Shown here piece by piece: positions 49,033 to 57,989 of a DNA stretch of 64,000 nt. Source of the stretch: a bacterium (GTDB taxonomy: Bacteria; Patescibacteriota; Microgenomatia; Daviesbacterales; UBA10151); the NCBI GenBank assembly GCA_021786105.1, contig JAJYNW010000026.1:1-64000 (forward strand), written 5' to 3'. Under the pieces are notes generated by a model that saw only the letters and a program-made list of their open reading frames with translations, did not search any database and was not told where the DNA came from. Numbering within the stretch: position 1 is the first letter of the stretch; the number at the start of each line of letters is the position of its first letter. Made by a program: the position numbers and the translations under genes.

Positions 49033-49900
49033 AAACAGTATTGTCTTGAGTTCTTTATTTGTTGGGTTACTTTTCTATTTTTTGTTCCAAGCAACCCAAA
49101 TCGCCTCTTTGATTTTAGGAAAGAATGTCTTGATATGTAACTCCTGTCTCCAAACAATCCCCACAATTCTTTTATATTCAGTCACATCTCTGTTAGGGTT
49201 ATCCTTAGTTTGTTTTTTATTCGGTCTGGCAAAGACAGTTCATTTTAGGAAAAAACTCTACTTGATTAGCGCTCATTCTCGCTCTCTTAAGATGATAGAA
49301 AAGGAGCATTTACTGGACAGGAAAATAATCGTTTTTTCGCACAAAGACCCGTTAGCTTTTTGCTTGGGAATACTCAAGCCAAAGATTTATCTTTCTACCA
49401 AACTACTTAAAATAATGAACTCATCGGAGCTGGAGGCGGTAATTCTTCACGAAAAACAACATCTACAGGGAAATGACAACTTGTTTCTAGTCCTGCCGAC
49501 TCTACTCAAGACCACCTTCTTTTTCCTGCCGATATTTAGTGACATAGCCCAGAGATTTGAAGTTCAAAAGGAAATTAGAGCCGATCAAAATGCGATTAAA
49601 GAAATTGGTGACAAAAGTGTCCTTATTTCTGCTTTACAAAAAATTCTTTTTACATCTCAGCCCAACTTGGCTTTTGCCAATTATTTTTCCAAATTTACTA
49701 GCCTTGAGGTAAGAATAAACAGTTTGTTGGGAGAAAGAACAAACCGCCGCCTCATCAGCCTAAATAATCTGGTTATCAGTTTTGGAATGCTACTTCTGAT
49801 TGCGACCGTTATCCTTAATAGGGTCGAAATCCACTCCCAGCTTGCCAACTCAGCGCTTCTTTGTCTGGACAAAGGAAATTGCCAAGGCGCCTGCTACTAA
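49019..49900 (+). CDS. M56/M48-family membrane metallopeptidase, BlaR1-like (cargo)
   Basis: 'AFCLG..PKI..S', 'VILHEKQH', 'EIRAD'. Confidence 0.88.
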   Translation: MKINKNSIVLSSLFVGLLFYFLFQATQIASLILGKNVLICNSCLQTIPTILLYSVTSLLGLSLVCFLFGLAKTVHFRKKLYLISAHSRSLKMIEKEHLLDRKIIVFSHKDPLAFCLGILKPKIYLSTKLLKIMNSSELEAVILHEKQHLQGNDNLFLVLPTLLKTTFFFLPIFSDIAQRFEVQKEIRADQNAIKEIGDKSVLISALQKILFTSQPNLAFANYFSKFTSLEVRINSLLGERTNRRLISLNNLVISFGMLLLIATVILNRVEIHSQLANSALLCLDKGNCQGACY

Positions 49901-49920
49901 ATTCTGCCTACAAAAACCTA

Positions 49921-49958
49921 TTGACTTTTTATCCACTAATTTTCTACAATATGTAGAA
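49921..49958 (+). promoter_or_regulatory. Promoter with BlaI/CopY-type operator
   Basis: TTGACT-18-TACAAT overlapped by palindrome TTCTACA-ata-TGTAGAA. Confidence 0.6.
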
Positions 49959-49989
49959 GACATTAAAATTTAGAGGTTTAATTAATCTT

Positions 49990-50718
49990 ATGAAAAACAC
50001 CAATAATCTCCTTGTCGCTTTACTTATAATAGTCATTGCATTCTCAGGCTATTTATTTTGGAAGGTTCAGAAACTTGAGCAAAAGGTCGGCTCTGACAAC
50101 CAGGCAGCCCAAGTTAAAAGAGAACAGCAGGCAAAAGAAGCTCCGCCACAACCTACACAAAACCTTGACGCTGTACCACCAGTAACAGATAAAGACCATA
50201 TCTTAGGAAGTAAAAATGCCGATGTGGTTTTAGTGGAGTATTCTGACTTTGAATGCCCCTTTTGCAAGCGCTTCCATCCCACCATGCAACAGGTGGTAAA
50301 AGAATACGGCAGTAAAGTCGCCTGGGTATACCGCCAGTATCCTTTAGGCTTCCACGCCAATGCCCAAAAAGAGGCTGAGGCTTCTGAATGTGCCGCCGAA
50401 CAAGGTGGTAATGAGGCTTTCTGGAAGTATTCCGACAAAATCATGGAGAGGACTACTTCAAACGGCACAGGTTTTGCTCTTGATAAGCTTGCGCCACTGG
50501 CTACTGAAATTGGACTAGATGCCAATAAATTTAAACAGTGTCTTGATAGTGGCAAGTATACCCAACATATTAAAGACGATATGGCTGGCGGTCAAAAAGC
50601 TGGCATTCAGGGAACTCCAGGCACGGTTATCATAGGCAAGAATGGTAAGAAAGAATTTATTGGCGGAGCGCTCCCCTTTGAACAAATTAAGCCATTGATA
50701 GATAAAGTACTGGAGTAA
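49990..50718 (+). CDS. DsbA-family oxidoreductase (cargo)
   Basis: 'EYSDFECPFC', 'GTP'. Confidence 0.92.
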   Translation: MKNTNNLLVALLIIVIAFSGYLFWKVQKLEQKVGSDNQAAQVKREQQAKEAPPQPTQNLDAVPPVTDKDHILGSKNADVVLVEYSDFECPFCKRFHPTMQQVVKEYGSKVAWVYRQYPLGFHANAQKEAEASECAAEQGGNEAFWKYSDKIMERTTSNGTGFALDKLAPLATEIGLDANKFKQCLDSGKYTQHIKDDMAGGQKAGIQGTPGTVIIGKNGKKEFIGGALPFEQIKPLIDKVLE

Positions 50719-50741
50719 GTTGAGACATATGACTAATAAAT

Positions 50742-51953
50742 ATGAACATAAACAAACTTCGTCAAGATTTCCCCTTTTTCCAAAAGACTCTTAACAGGAA
50801 ACCCATAATTTACTTTGACAATGCCTGCCAGAGCCTTCGACCCCAATCTGTCATAGACGCTGTTGTTAATTACTACCAGGATTATCCTGCTTGTGGCGGG
50901 AGGAGCATGCACCGTTTAGCTGCCAAAGTTACTCAGAAGTGCGATGAGGCAAGAAGTATTATTGCCAGGTTTGTCGGCGCTAAGCGTAAAGAGGAGATTA
51001 TTTTTACCCGCAATACTACGGAAGGGATAAATCTTGTTGCTCATTCGCTAGGACTTCAAAAAGGCGATATTGTGGTTACCTCTGATAAGGAACATAATTC
51101 TAATCTCATCCCCTGGCAAATCTTAGCTAAAAAAATCGGCATTATTCACAAAATAATTCCTTCACGAGAAGAGAACATCTTTGGCCTTGAAGGATTTAAA
51201 AAAGTGATGAATGAAGAGGTAAAACTTGTATCCTTGGGCTTTACTTCCAACTTAGACGGAGTAACCATTCCTGCTTCCGAAATAATAAAAATTGCCCATC
51301 AGTTCGGTGTTTTGGTTCTTCTTGATGTTGCCCAAACCGCTCCACATCATAAGATTGATGTCACTGCACTTGATGTTGACTTCCTCGCTTTTTCTGGACA
51401 TAAAATGCTTGGACCTTCTGGAACTGGTGTTCTTTATGGCAAATATCATCTTTTGGAGAAACTTGAGCCATTTTTGGTAGGAGGAGATACGGTGGTGTCT
51501 TCTACCTATGATTCTCATAAACTACTCCCTCCTCCTGAAAAATTTGAGGCAGGGTTACAAGATTACGCTGGGATTATCGGGTTGGGAGAGGCGGTTAGAT
51601 ATTTGGAAAAGGTCGGGTTTGAGAATATTACCGAGCAAGAACACACGCTCAATAAGTTTATTAGTAATGAAATTGTAAATATTCCTCATCTTCATATTAT
51701 TGGACCCGAAGACCCAAGTAAACGAGGTGGTATTGTCTCCTTTTATATCGAGGGAGTAGACTCTCATCAGGTTGCCCTAATGCTTGATGAGTCTGCTAAT
51801 ATTATGGTTCGTTCTGGTCAGCACTGCGTTCATTCCTGGTTTGCTAGTAAGAAAATTGCTGGTTCTGTCCGTGCGTCGCTGTATTTTTATAACACCCAAG
51901 AGGAGGCGGAAATCTTTGTTAATCAGTTGAAGAAAGTTATACGGGTATTGTAG
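50742..51953 (+). CDS. SufS-type cysteine desulfurase (cargo)
   Basis: 'YFDNA', 'SGHKM', 'RSGQHC', 'RASLYFYN'. Confidence 0.92.
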   Translation: MNINKLRQDFPFFQKTLNRKPIIYFDNACQSLRPQSVIDAVVNYYQDYPACGGRSMHRLAAKVTQKCDEARSIIARFVGAKRKEEIIFTRNTTEGINLVAHSLGLQKGDIVVTSDKEHNSNLIPWQILAKKIGIIHKIIPSREENIFGLEGFKKVMNEEVKLVSLGFTSNLDGVTIPASEIIKIAHQFGVLVLLDVAQTAPHHKIDVTALDVDFLAFSGHKMLGPSGTGVLYGKYHLLEKLEPFLVGGDTVVSSTYDSHKLLPPPEKFEAGLQDYAGIIGLGEAVRYLEKVGFENITEQEHTLNKFISNEIVNIPHLHIIGPEDPSKRGGIVSFYIEGVDSHQVALMLDESANIMVRSGQHCVHSWFASKKIAGSVRASLYFYNTQEEAEIFVNQLKKVIRVL

Positions 51954-51956
51954 CTT

Positions 51957-52889
51957 ATGTTTTGTTTATTAGCTCTTATCGTTTTATCAATTTTAGGCAT
52001 ATTTAGTGCTACCCATAGACAGCTTGCCAAAGAAGCCTTCGACTGTGTATTTCGACGGATTACTTTCCGCCCTTGTACGACGGGATTTAAAGAGAAGATG
52101 AAGGCAAAACTTACAGGAAAGATTCTCAATCGTTCACCTTTTGTAGCCCGTTTTCTGAACAGACACTTTGAACTTGTCTCCTGGGTATTTTTTATCCTCA
52201 TGGTTGCAAGTACCTTTTGGACAGTTAAGGGTGCTTATAACTTTTATCTTTATGGAAGCTGTAATGGTTTAAATGAAACTGGTTTTTGTGCTTTTGATCC
52301 ATCGGGTGAGAATAATAAGGTGTCACAGATTGCCACATCGTGTAGCTTAGAAAAACCCTCTGAAAAAGATTTGACATTAAACGGTGTTGATCTTAGCATT
52401 TTCCCTATTAGGAATCCTGATGCCAAAGATAAAATTATTTTTATTGGCTGTTACGGCTGTGACTATACCCGCAAGGCTTACCCTTTGATACAGAAACTTA
52501 TTGCTAACAATGAAGTTAGTTTCATCTTTGCCCATTTCCCTGTAAAGGACGAGACTAACTTCCTCTCTGAATATGGCTATTGTGCCTATAAGCAGGATCA
52601 GGAGAGATTCTGGCAGTTCAATGATGCTTTGTTTGCCTCGGATAAGCAAAATTTAGGAAATAAAAATTATGTGGACGGTTTAGCTTCAAAGATCGGTTAT
52701 AACTTGACTACGATCGATAGATGTATAGATAGCCAGGAAACTAAAGAGGCCGTGGAAAGACAGTTTCAGGAGATAAGCAAAACCCATGTTTATGGAACTC
52801 CAACCGTGTTTATAAATGGTAAAGTGCTGGTCGGACCGAAGCCCTACCGAGTTTATGAAAGAGCCTTAAAGGGTTGGCGGTTTTGGTGA
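51957..52889 (+). CDS. Membrane-anchored thioredoxin-fold protein (cargo)
   Basis: 'CYGCDY', 'VYGTPTVFING'. Confidence 0.75.
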   Translation: MFCLLALIVLSILGIFSATHRQLAKEAFDCVFRRITFRPCTTGFKEKMKAKLTGKILNRSPFVARFLNRHFELVSWVFFILMVASTFWTVKGAYNFYLYGSCNGLNETGFCAFDPSGENNKVSQIATSCSLEKPSEKDLTLNGVDLSIFPIRNPDAKDKIIFIGCYGCDYTRKAYPLIQKLIANNEVSFIFAHFPVKDETNFLSEYGYCAYKQDQERFWQFNDALFASDKQNLGNKNYVDGLASKIGYNLTTIDRCIDSQETKEAVERQFQEISKTHVYGTPTVFINGKVLVGPKPYRVYERALKGWRFW

Positions 52890-53001
52890 TTTTAGCAGAT
52901 GACAATTTTTGACATGATTTTTAGATTTTAGAGAACCGGTAAATATAAAAACTACCATAAACCATAGATTCCTCAATGTTTTTTAGGTAAAATGTAAACA
53001 T

Positions 53002-54909
53002 ATGGAGATAGAAAATGGATTTACAAAAGTAACTAATCTTTTTAAGAACTGTAAAGTTAGTTTAACTGTTCTTTCAGGAATAGCTTTAGTTTTTGGTCTT
53101 TTCTTAAGTTGGTTTAAAATTGCGCCTCAGCTCTCGCCCTTTTTGTATCTACTATCTTTGGCAAGCGGAGGATTTTATGTATATAGAGAGGCGTTTGAAG
53201 GTTTCAAAAACAAAGCTTTCTTCAATATTAATCTTTTAGTAACAATAGCATCAATTGGAGCTGTTTTTATTAACCAGTGGGCAGAAGCAGCCTCAGTTGT
53301 TTTCTTCTTTTCACTGGCTGAAATGTTTGAGGAATTCGGTATTAAGCGCTCACAGCAAGCCATAACCAATCTTATTAAGGAATCACCCCAAAAGGCGAAT
53401 AAAAAAGAGGTTAATAATATCGTCTCTATCTCTATCGAGGAAGTAAATATTGGTGATATCGTGGTGGTTAAACCAGGAGACAAAATCCCATTAGACGGAA
53501 AAGTTGTTAAGGGAAATTCTGCAGTTGATGAAGCGGCAATTACTGGGGAATCACTTCCAAAAGAAAAGCTTGTAGGTGACTTAGTTTTTGCAGGAACCAT
53601 GAATATGTCCGGCTACTTGGAGATTAAAATTACAAAAAGGTCGAAAGACAGCGTGTTATCAAAGGTGATTGCAACAATTGAGGAAGCGCAGGAGAAAAAA
53701 GCCCCATCGCAGGAGTTTATTGATAAATTTGCAGCTTATTACACACCTACAGTTGTCATTGGTGCTGTTCTTTTAACCATAGTTCCGGTTTTGTTGGGAG
53801 GAACATTTACACAGTGGCTGTACCGCTCCTTAACCCTTCTTGTTATTGCCTGTCCTTGCGCGCTTGTTATTTCAACCCCTGTTTCTGTTGCCTCGGCTAT
53901 TGGTAGAGCTTCGCAAAAGGGATCACTCATAAAGGGCGGAAAATTTTTAGAAGCAATAGGAAAAGTGAAGGCTATCGCCTTTGATAAAACAAGAACATTG
54001 ACAGAAGGTAAACCTATCGTTTCTGACATTCTTACATTTAATGGCTTTTCTAAAGAAGAAGTCCTCGCAGATGCTTGCGGTATTAGTAAATTTGACACAC
54101 ATCCATTATCTTTTGCCATTAAAGTTAAGGCGGAAGAAGAAAGCATAAACCCTCATATTATGGAGAAGTTTAAGAATACCCCCGGAAAAGGCTCTAAGGC
54201 TAACTGTACTGTATGTGATGATTTAACACACTGTGTTGGTAATCTAAAACTCTTAAACAGTGAAGAAGTAAATACCAAAGAAGTAGAGCATGTAGTTGAA
54301 AATTTGGCCAAGGAAGGCAAGACCACGATTTTAGTAAGTGAGGGTAAAGTAATGATGGGTGTACTAGGCATAACTGACTCTATCCGTCCAGAAGCCATTG
54401 AGACGATTGGACAACTAAAACGGCTTGGTATTTCAAACTTTTCGATTATAAGCGGTGATAATGCTTATGCTGTTGATTATGTTGCACAAAAGCTAGGAGT
54501 TAATAATACCTTTGCTCAACTTTTGCCTGGGCAGAAATTAGAAACAATCGAAAAACTTAAACAGGAGTATGGAACTGTATCGATGGTAGGTGATGGCATC
54601 AACGATTCTCCATCCCTTGCCGCCTCTGATGTTGGAATTGCTCTTGGCTCTGCGGGGTCGGACGTTGCCATTGAAACCGCTGATATTGCCCTTATGGGTG
54701 ATGATTTAAGAAGGATTCCCTATCTTATTAAGCTGGGAAGACAAACAACTCAAGTAATCAAACAAAATATCTATGCTTCCCTTGGGATTAAGGCCATCTT
54801 TTTAACATTGGGAGTATTTGGGTTAACTCATCTAGGATGGGCAATAGCCGCAGATTCAGGGGTAGCACTCTTGGTAACGCTAAATGGATTAAGGCTTTTT
54901 AGAGCTTAA
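53002..54909 (+). CDS. P1B-type heavy-metal ATPase with CPC motif, ZntA/CadA-like (cargo)
   Basis: TGES, CPC, DKTRT, HP, GDGINDSP. Confidence 0.93.
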   Translation: MEIENGFTKVTNLFKNCKVSLTVLSGIALVFGLFLSWFKIAPQLSPFLYLLSLASGGFYVYREAFEGFKNKAFFNINLLVTIASIGAVFINQWAEAASVVFFFSLAEMFEEFGIKRSQQAITNLIKESPQKANKKEVNNIVSISIEEVNIGDIVVVKPGDKIPLDGKVVKGNSAVDEAAITGESLPKEKLVGDLVFAGTMNMSGYLEIKITKRSKDSVLSKVIATIEEAQEKKAPSQEFIDKFAAYYTPTVVIGAVLLTIVPVLLGGTFTQWLYRSLTLLVIACPCALVISTPVSVASAIGRASQKGSLIKGGKFLEAIGKVKAIAFDKTRTLTEGKPIVSDILTFNGFSKEEVLADACGISKFDTHPLSFAIKVKAEEESINPHIMEKFKNTPGKGSKANCTVCDDLTHCVGNLKLLNSEEVNTKEVEHVVENLAKEGKTTILVSEGKVMMGVLGITDSIRPEAIETIGQLKRLGISNFSIISGDNAYAVDYVAQKLGVNNTFAQLLPGQKLETIEKLKQEYGTVSMVGDGINDSPSLAASDVGIALGSAGSDVAIETADIALMGDDLRRIPYLIKLGRQTTQVIKQNIYASLGIKAIFLTLGVFGLTHLGWAIAADSGVALLVTLNGLRLFRA

Positions 54910-54917
54910 TATGATCT

Positions 54918-55157
54918 TTACCTGCTAATCGTTGGTAATAAAACGTTTTCTGCTGGCTTTACGGCTTTTGTAGGCCTCTTTATAATCTTACCGGCAGAAA
55001 CTAGATTATCTTTAGGACTTTTCTTTATTTCTTCGGCTTGCGCTTCTGTTACCTCAATAAAACGGCTTTTATTTTCGTCAGCTATCACAGCGTCAAATTC
55101 TGCTTTGACAACAAATTGAATTTCGCCGTTTTCATCAAATTGTATAAAGTGTTTCAT
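54918..55157 (-). CDS. Hypothetical protein (fibre-accessory-like)
   Basis: 79 aa directly after the adhesin-like gene; SD GAGGAG. Confidence 0.6.
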   Translation of the reverse strand: MKHFIQFDENGEIQFVVKAEFDAVIADENKSRFIEVTEAQAEEIKKSPKDNLVSAGKIIKRPTKAVKPAENVLLPTISR

Positions 55158-55160
55158 TGT

Positions 55161-56336
55161 TTAGCTCCTCATAAATAAGGCGTATACATCAAGCGAGATG
55201 GCCGCGTTAGAATCGCCGTCATAAAGATAAACTGTGTCTCGGTTGATGGTAATTTTTGGTATTCTGGTTTGCTTCCAATAGCCATTGATCCGAAAAACAA
55301 TATCTGCCGCAATCTCCGATATTATTTGAATAATCCGATTGCTATCGAGTTTAACAGTCATGGTATAGCCGTTTCTGCCATCTGCGCCCGGACTTGAAAT
55401 ATCAAAGTACCTATTGGCGCTTGAGCCGTTGGCTCTTGCTCCGGCAATTCTTGCGGCTGTTGTGTTAGAACTTTCAATATAAACTTCCACACTATCTGCA
55501 CCGATAGGGATAAAAGAGGATAAATCTAAGTTTTGCCATGCAGAGTTTGTGGAATTTTGGGCGGAGGCGAGTGTTTCTGTAAAGTGCATACCAAGACCAG
55601 CCTGATCGAGTGTTGGAGTATTAAGATAAGCGCCCATGATAGAGATAAACTCATGGTCTGAAAAAACCGGAAAAGTTGCCGCAGAATAACCATTGGCATT
55701 TAAATTGCCGGTGAAATTAGCTCCTGCTTGGACTAAATAAAGATTAGTTCCCTTTACTAAGGCTCCAATTTTGAAAGCATCAAAATAAAAATTATAACCG
55801 GTGGACGCCGCGTTTTTATCGCTTCTTAAAACTATTTTAATCGTATGGCTTCCTGCAGAAAGCCCTGTTTTTTCATAAACCAAAAAGCGGGTTAAAAGCA
55901 ATGCGGAGTAAAGATCAACTGTTGAATCAAGTACGTTGTCAATATAAATATCAATCTTGCCCATATACGGCCCTTTGGCCGAGAAAATGCCTATTCTGGT
56001 ACCTGTAAACGAATAGATTAAATAATCAGCAGGCGTTAGGGTGGTGTGATAAGAGCGGTTGTAAAACTGCATGGAAGAAGTGGAATAACTCCAACTTCCC
56101 ACATAAGAAATAGCAGCGTCTAAATCATCAACAATTACTCTTAGTTTATCGGCATCAACAGAATTATTAGGATGGTCTAGCTCACTTTGTGTCCGGTGAG
56201 ATTCTAAAACCTCGCCTGTTTCAGAATGGGCGGACGGGTCTTGGTCGTGAGCCAGAATTTTATTATCTATCTCCTGTCCTATGGTTGTTGTATCTGTGGC
56301 GCTTTTTGCCAAAGCTCCCCAGCATATTGCAGGCAT
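55161..56336 (-). CDS. Spike/receptor-binding-like protein with carbohydrate-binding module
   Basis: 'VDD....SY.GSW..YSFTGT.I..G..DIYID..GL..GSHTIKI..FDAF' CBM-like pattern; helical N-terminus. Confidence 0.6.
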   Translation of the reverse strand: MPAICWGALAKSATDTTTIGQEIDNKILAHDQDPSAHSETGEVLESHRTQSELDHPNNSVDADKLRVIVDDLDAAISYVGSWSYSTSSMQFYNRSYHTTLTPADYLIYSFTGTRIGIFSAKGPYMGKIDIYIDNVLDSTVDLYSALLLTRFLVYEKTGLSAGSHTIKIVLRSDKNAASTGYNFYFDAFKIGALVKGTNLYLVQAGANFTGNLNANGYSAATFPVFSDHEFISIMGAYLNTPTLDQAGLGMHFTETLASAQNSTNSAWQNLDLSSFIPIGADSVEVYIESSNTTAARIAGARANGSSANRYFDISSPGADGRNGYTMTVKLDSNRIIQIISEIAADIVFRINGYWKQTRIPKITINRDTVYLYDGDSNAAISLDVYALFMRS

Positions 56337-56485
56337 TAAAAAACTCCTTTCGAAATTTCAACTTCATTTGAACGTGACCGCACTATGGCCTTACCCCGTC
56401 CATACTCACTCCATAATGTCACCAAACCGGCTTTCAGTCGGTATAAAGTCTGCTCAAGATTTAGTATGTTTTGTGTTTCTCTCAT
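56336..56485 (-). CDS. 49-aa hypothetical protein (not in ORF track)
   Basis: Fills the gap exactly; TAATG coupling to the next gene. Confidence 0.4.
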   Translation of the reverse strand: MRETQNILNLEQTLYRLKAGLVTLWSEYGRGKAIVRSRSNEVEISKGVF

Positions 56486-56490
56486 ACAAT

Positions 56491-57285
56491 TTACAATGCC
56501 GTACCCACTGGATACACACTTTCAACTAAAGCTCCGGCCGGAACCAAAACCTGCTCCCACGAAAGATTAACTTGGTCGCAGTCCGGATCGGTATTATTAA
56601 GAACGCCGTTATAAGTAACCCACACATTATCAAACCAAAGATCGCCTGAAACATCGTTTAACTCCAAGGAAAGCTCCCAATTAGCAGGAACACCCAAAGG
56701 AAGCGGAACTGATAAACTTTGCGTTGCCCATCCACTTGCAAGAGGAATTGAAATAACATTTTCATCTGTAATATTTTGCCCGCCATAATACCTGTTTGTT
56801 CGAAGGATTAGTTTTGCGTAAGGATTGCCGCCAGCAGAAGTTAAGTTTGATTTTCTGGAAAGTTGAAAGGTTAAAGGAAAAGTTGGTTTTTGATTTTTCG
56901 TTTGCCGGATTATAAGCGCAGTTGCACTCCCAGCTAAATTGATATGTCCTACCAAATACTGATGAAATAAAGATGGTGTTGCAAAACCACCAAGCAGATT
57001 TTTAATTCGATATGCTTGATCCTGAACAAAAAGGTTATAACCATTCATTCCCGGGACATTTCCGGCGTCAAGCCAGGACTGTCTCTGTGGAGCGCTAAAT
57101 TCCGACCAGCTTTTGGAAACTGTAAATAAATAAGAAATCTCACGAAGACTGTAATAGCGGGAACGAGTCATAAAACGGGGATTCTTGCCAATAGAACAGA
57201 AGAACGAAAAATCGTACATCTTCAAGGTCTTGTTATAATAAATCTCAAGACCGGCTGGTATAGTAATTCCCATTATTCTTGGCAT
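56491..57285 (-). CDS. Protein with N-terminal capsid-like domain and C-terminal beta domain
   Basis: 'WSEFSAPQRQSWLDAG..GMNGYNLF' matches the paralog motif of 37444..37785. Confidence 0.55.
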   Translation of the reverse strand: MPRIMGITIPAGLEIYYNKTLKMYDFSFFCSIGKNPRFMTRSRYYSLREISYLFTVSKSWSEFSAPQRQSWLDAGNVPGMNGYNLFVQDQAYRIKNLLGGFATPSLFHQYLVGHINLAGSATALIIRQTKNQKPTFPLTFQLSRKSNLTSAGGNPYAKLILRTNRYYGGQNITDENVISIPLASGWATQSLSVPLPLGVPANWELSLELNDVSGDLWFDNVWVTYNGVLNNTDPDCDQVNLSWEQVLVPAGALVESVYPVGTAL

Positions 57286-57295
57286 AGTATTTCCT

Positions 57296-57472
57296 TTACC
57301 CTACTGGCGGCGTACTTTTGACGCCAAAGTAAAAAGCCACAACTGCCAGAAGTACAGAGCTGACAACTCCATCGTGTCCTAATCCGATTAAAACAAACGA
57401 GCCGATAACCACAATCATTGCCAAAATATCAGTTGGTTTCATTCTATCCAGAAAATTATAAAATTCTTTCAT
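57296..57472 (-). CDS. Holin-like two-TM protein
   Basis: Two TM helices ending 'VVAFYFG'; ATGA coupling with the PLD gene. Confidence 0.55.
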   Translation of the reverse strand: MKEFYNFLDRMKPTDILAMIVVIGSFVLIGLGHDGVVSSVLLAVVAFYFGVKSTPPVG

Positions 57473-57978
57473 ATTCTGTTCCATAAAGTTTCGAAGTATC
57501 TAGTGAACTCTACTGCTACTTCTCTTGAAACTATTTTTATCGAAGCCTCATCATTAACTGTTACTGCACGCCTTGACATGTTATGCGATCCTAAAACTGT
57601 AATTTCTTGATCTATAATCCAAAGTTTGGCATGAGTAATAGGGGATGATGGCCCAAACTTTGCTAAAGCTCCGGCTTCTTGTAAATTTAAGATAGTGTTT
57701 TTGTTGACCGAATTTAGTGGATGTCTTGGATGTTCTTTGTTTAACAGAACTCGAACAGCAACTTTGCGCCTTGCGGCTTGCAAGACTTCATAGGAAAGTT
57801 GTTGAATACTTGAATCGTGGTCGTGATGATACCATTTCCACTCAAACTGAATAATATCTATACTCGCCTTGGCTTGCCGAACACAATCTGTGATCGTTCC
57901 AATGAAAGCTCTCCCCGGCAAAGGGGTAACTATAGCATTGATATTCTCAACCATTATTTTTGTTTGTAAGTCTTGCAT
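57469..57978 (-). CDS. PLD-superfamily (Nuc-like) nuclease, single HKD
   Basis: 'HAKLWIID..GSHNMS..NDE'. Confidence 0.88.
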   Translation of the reverse strand: MQDLQTKIMVENINAIVTPLPGRAFIGTITDCVRQAKASIDIIQFEWKWYHHDHDSSIQQLSYEVLQAARRKVAVRVLLNKEHPRHPLNSVNKNTILNLQEAGALAKFGPSSPITHAKLWIIDQEITVLGSHNMSRRAVTVNDEASIKIVSREVAVEFTRYFETLWNRI

Positions 57979-57989
57979 ACTTAAATTTT

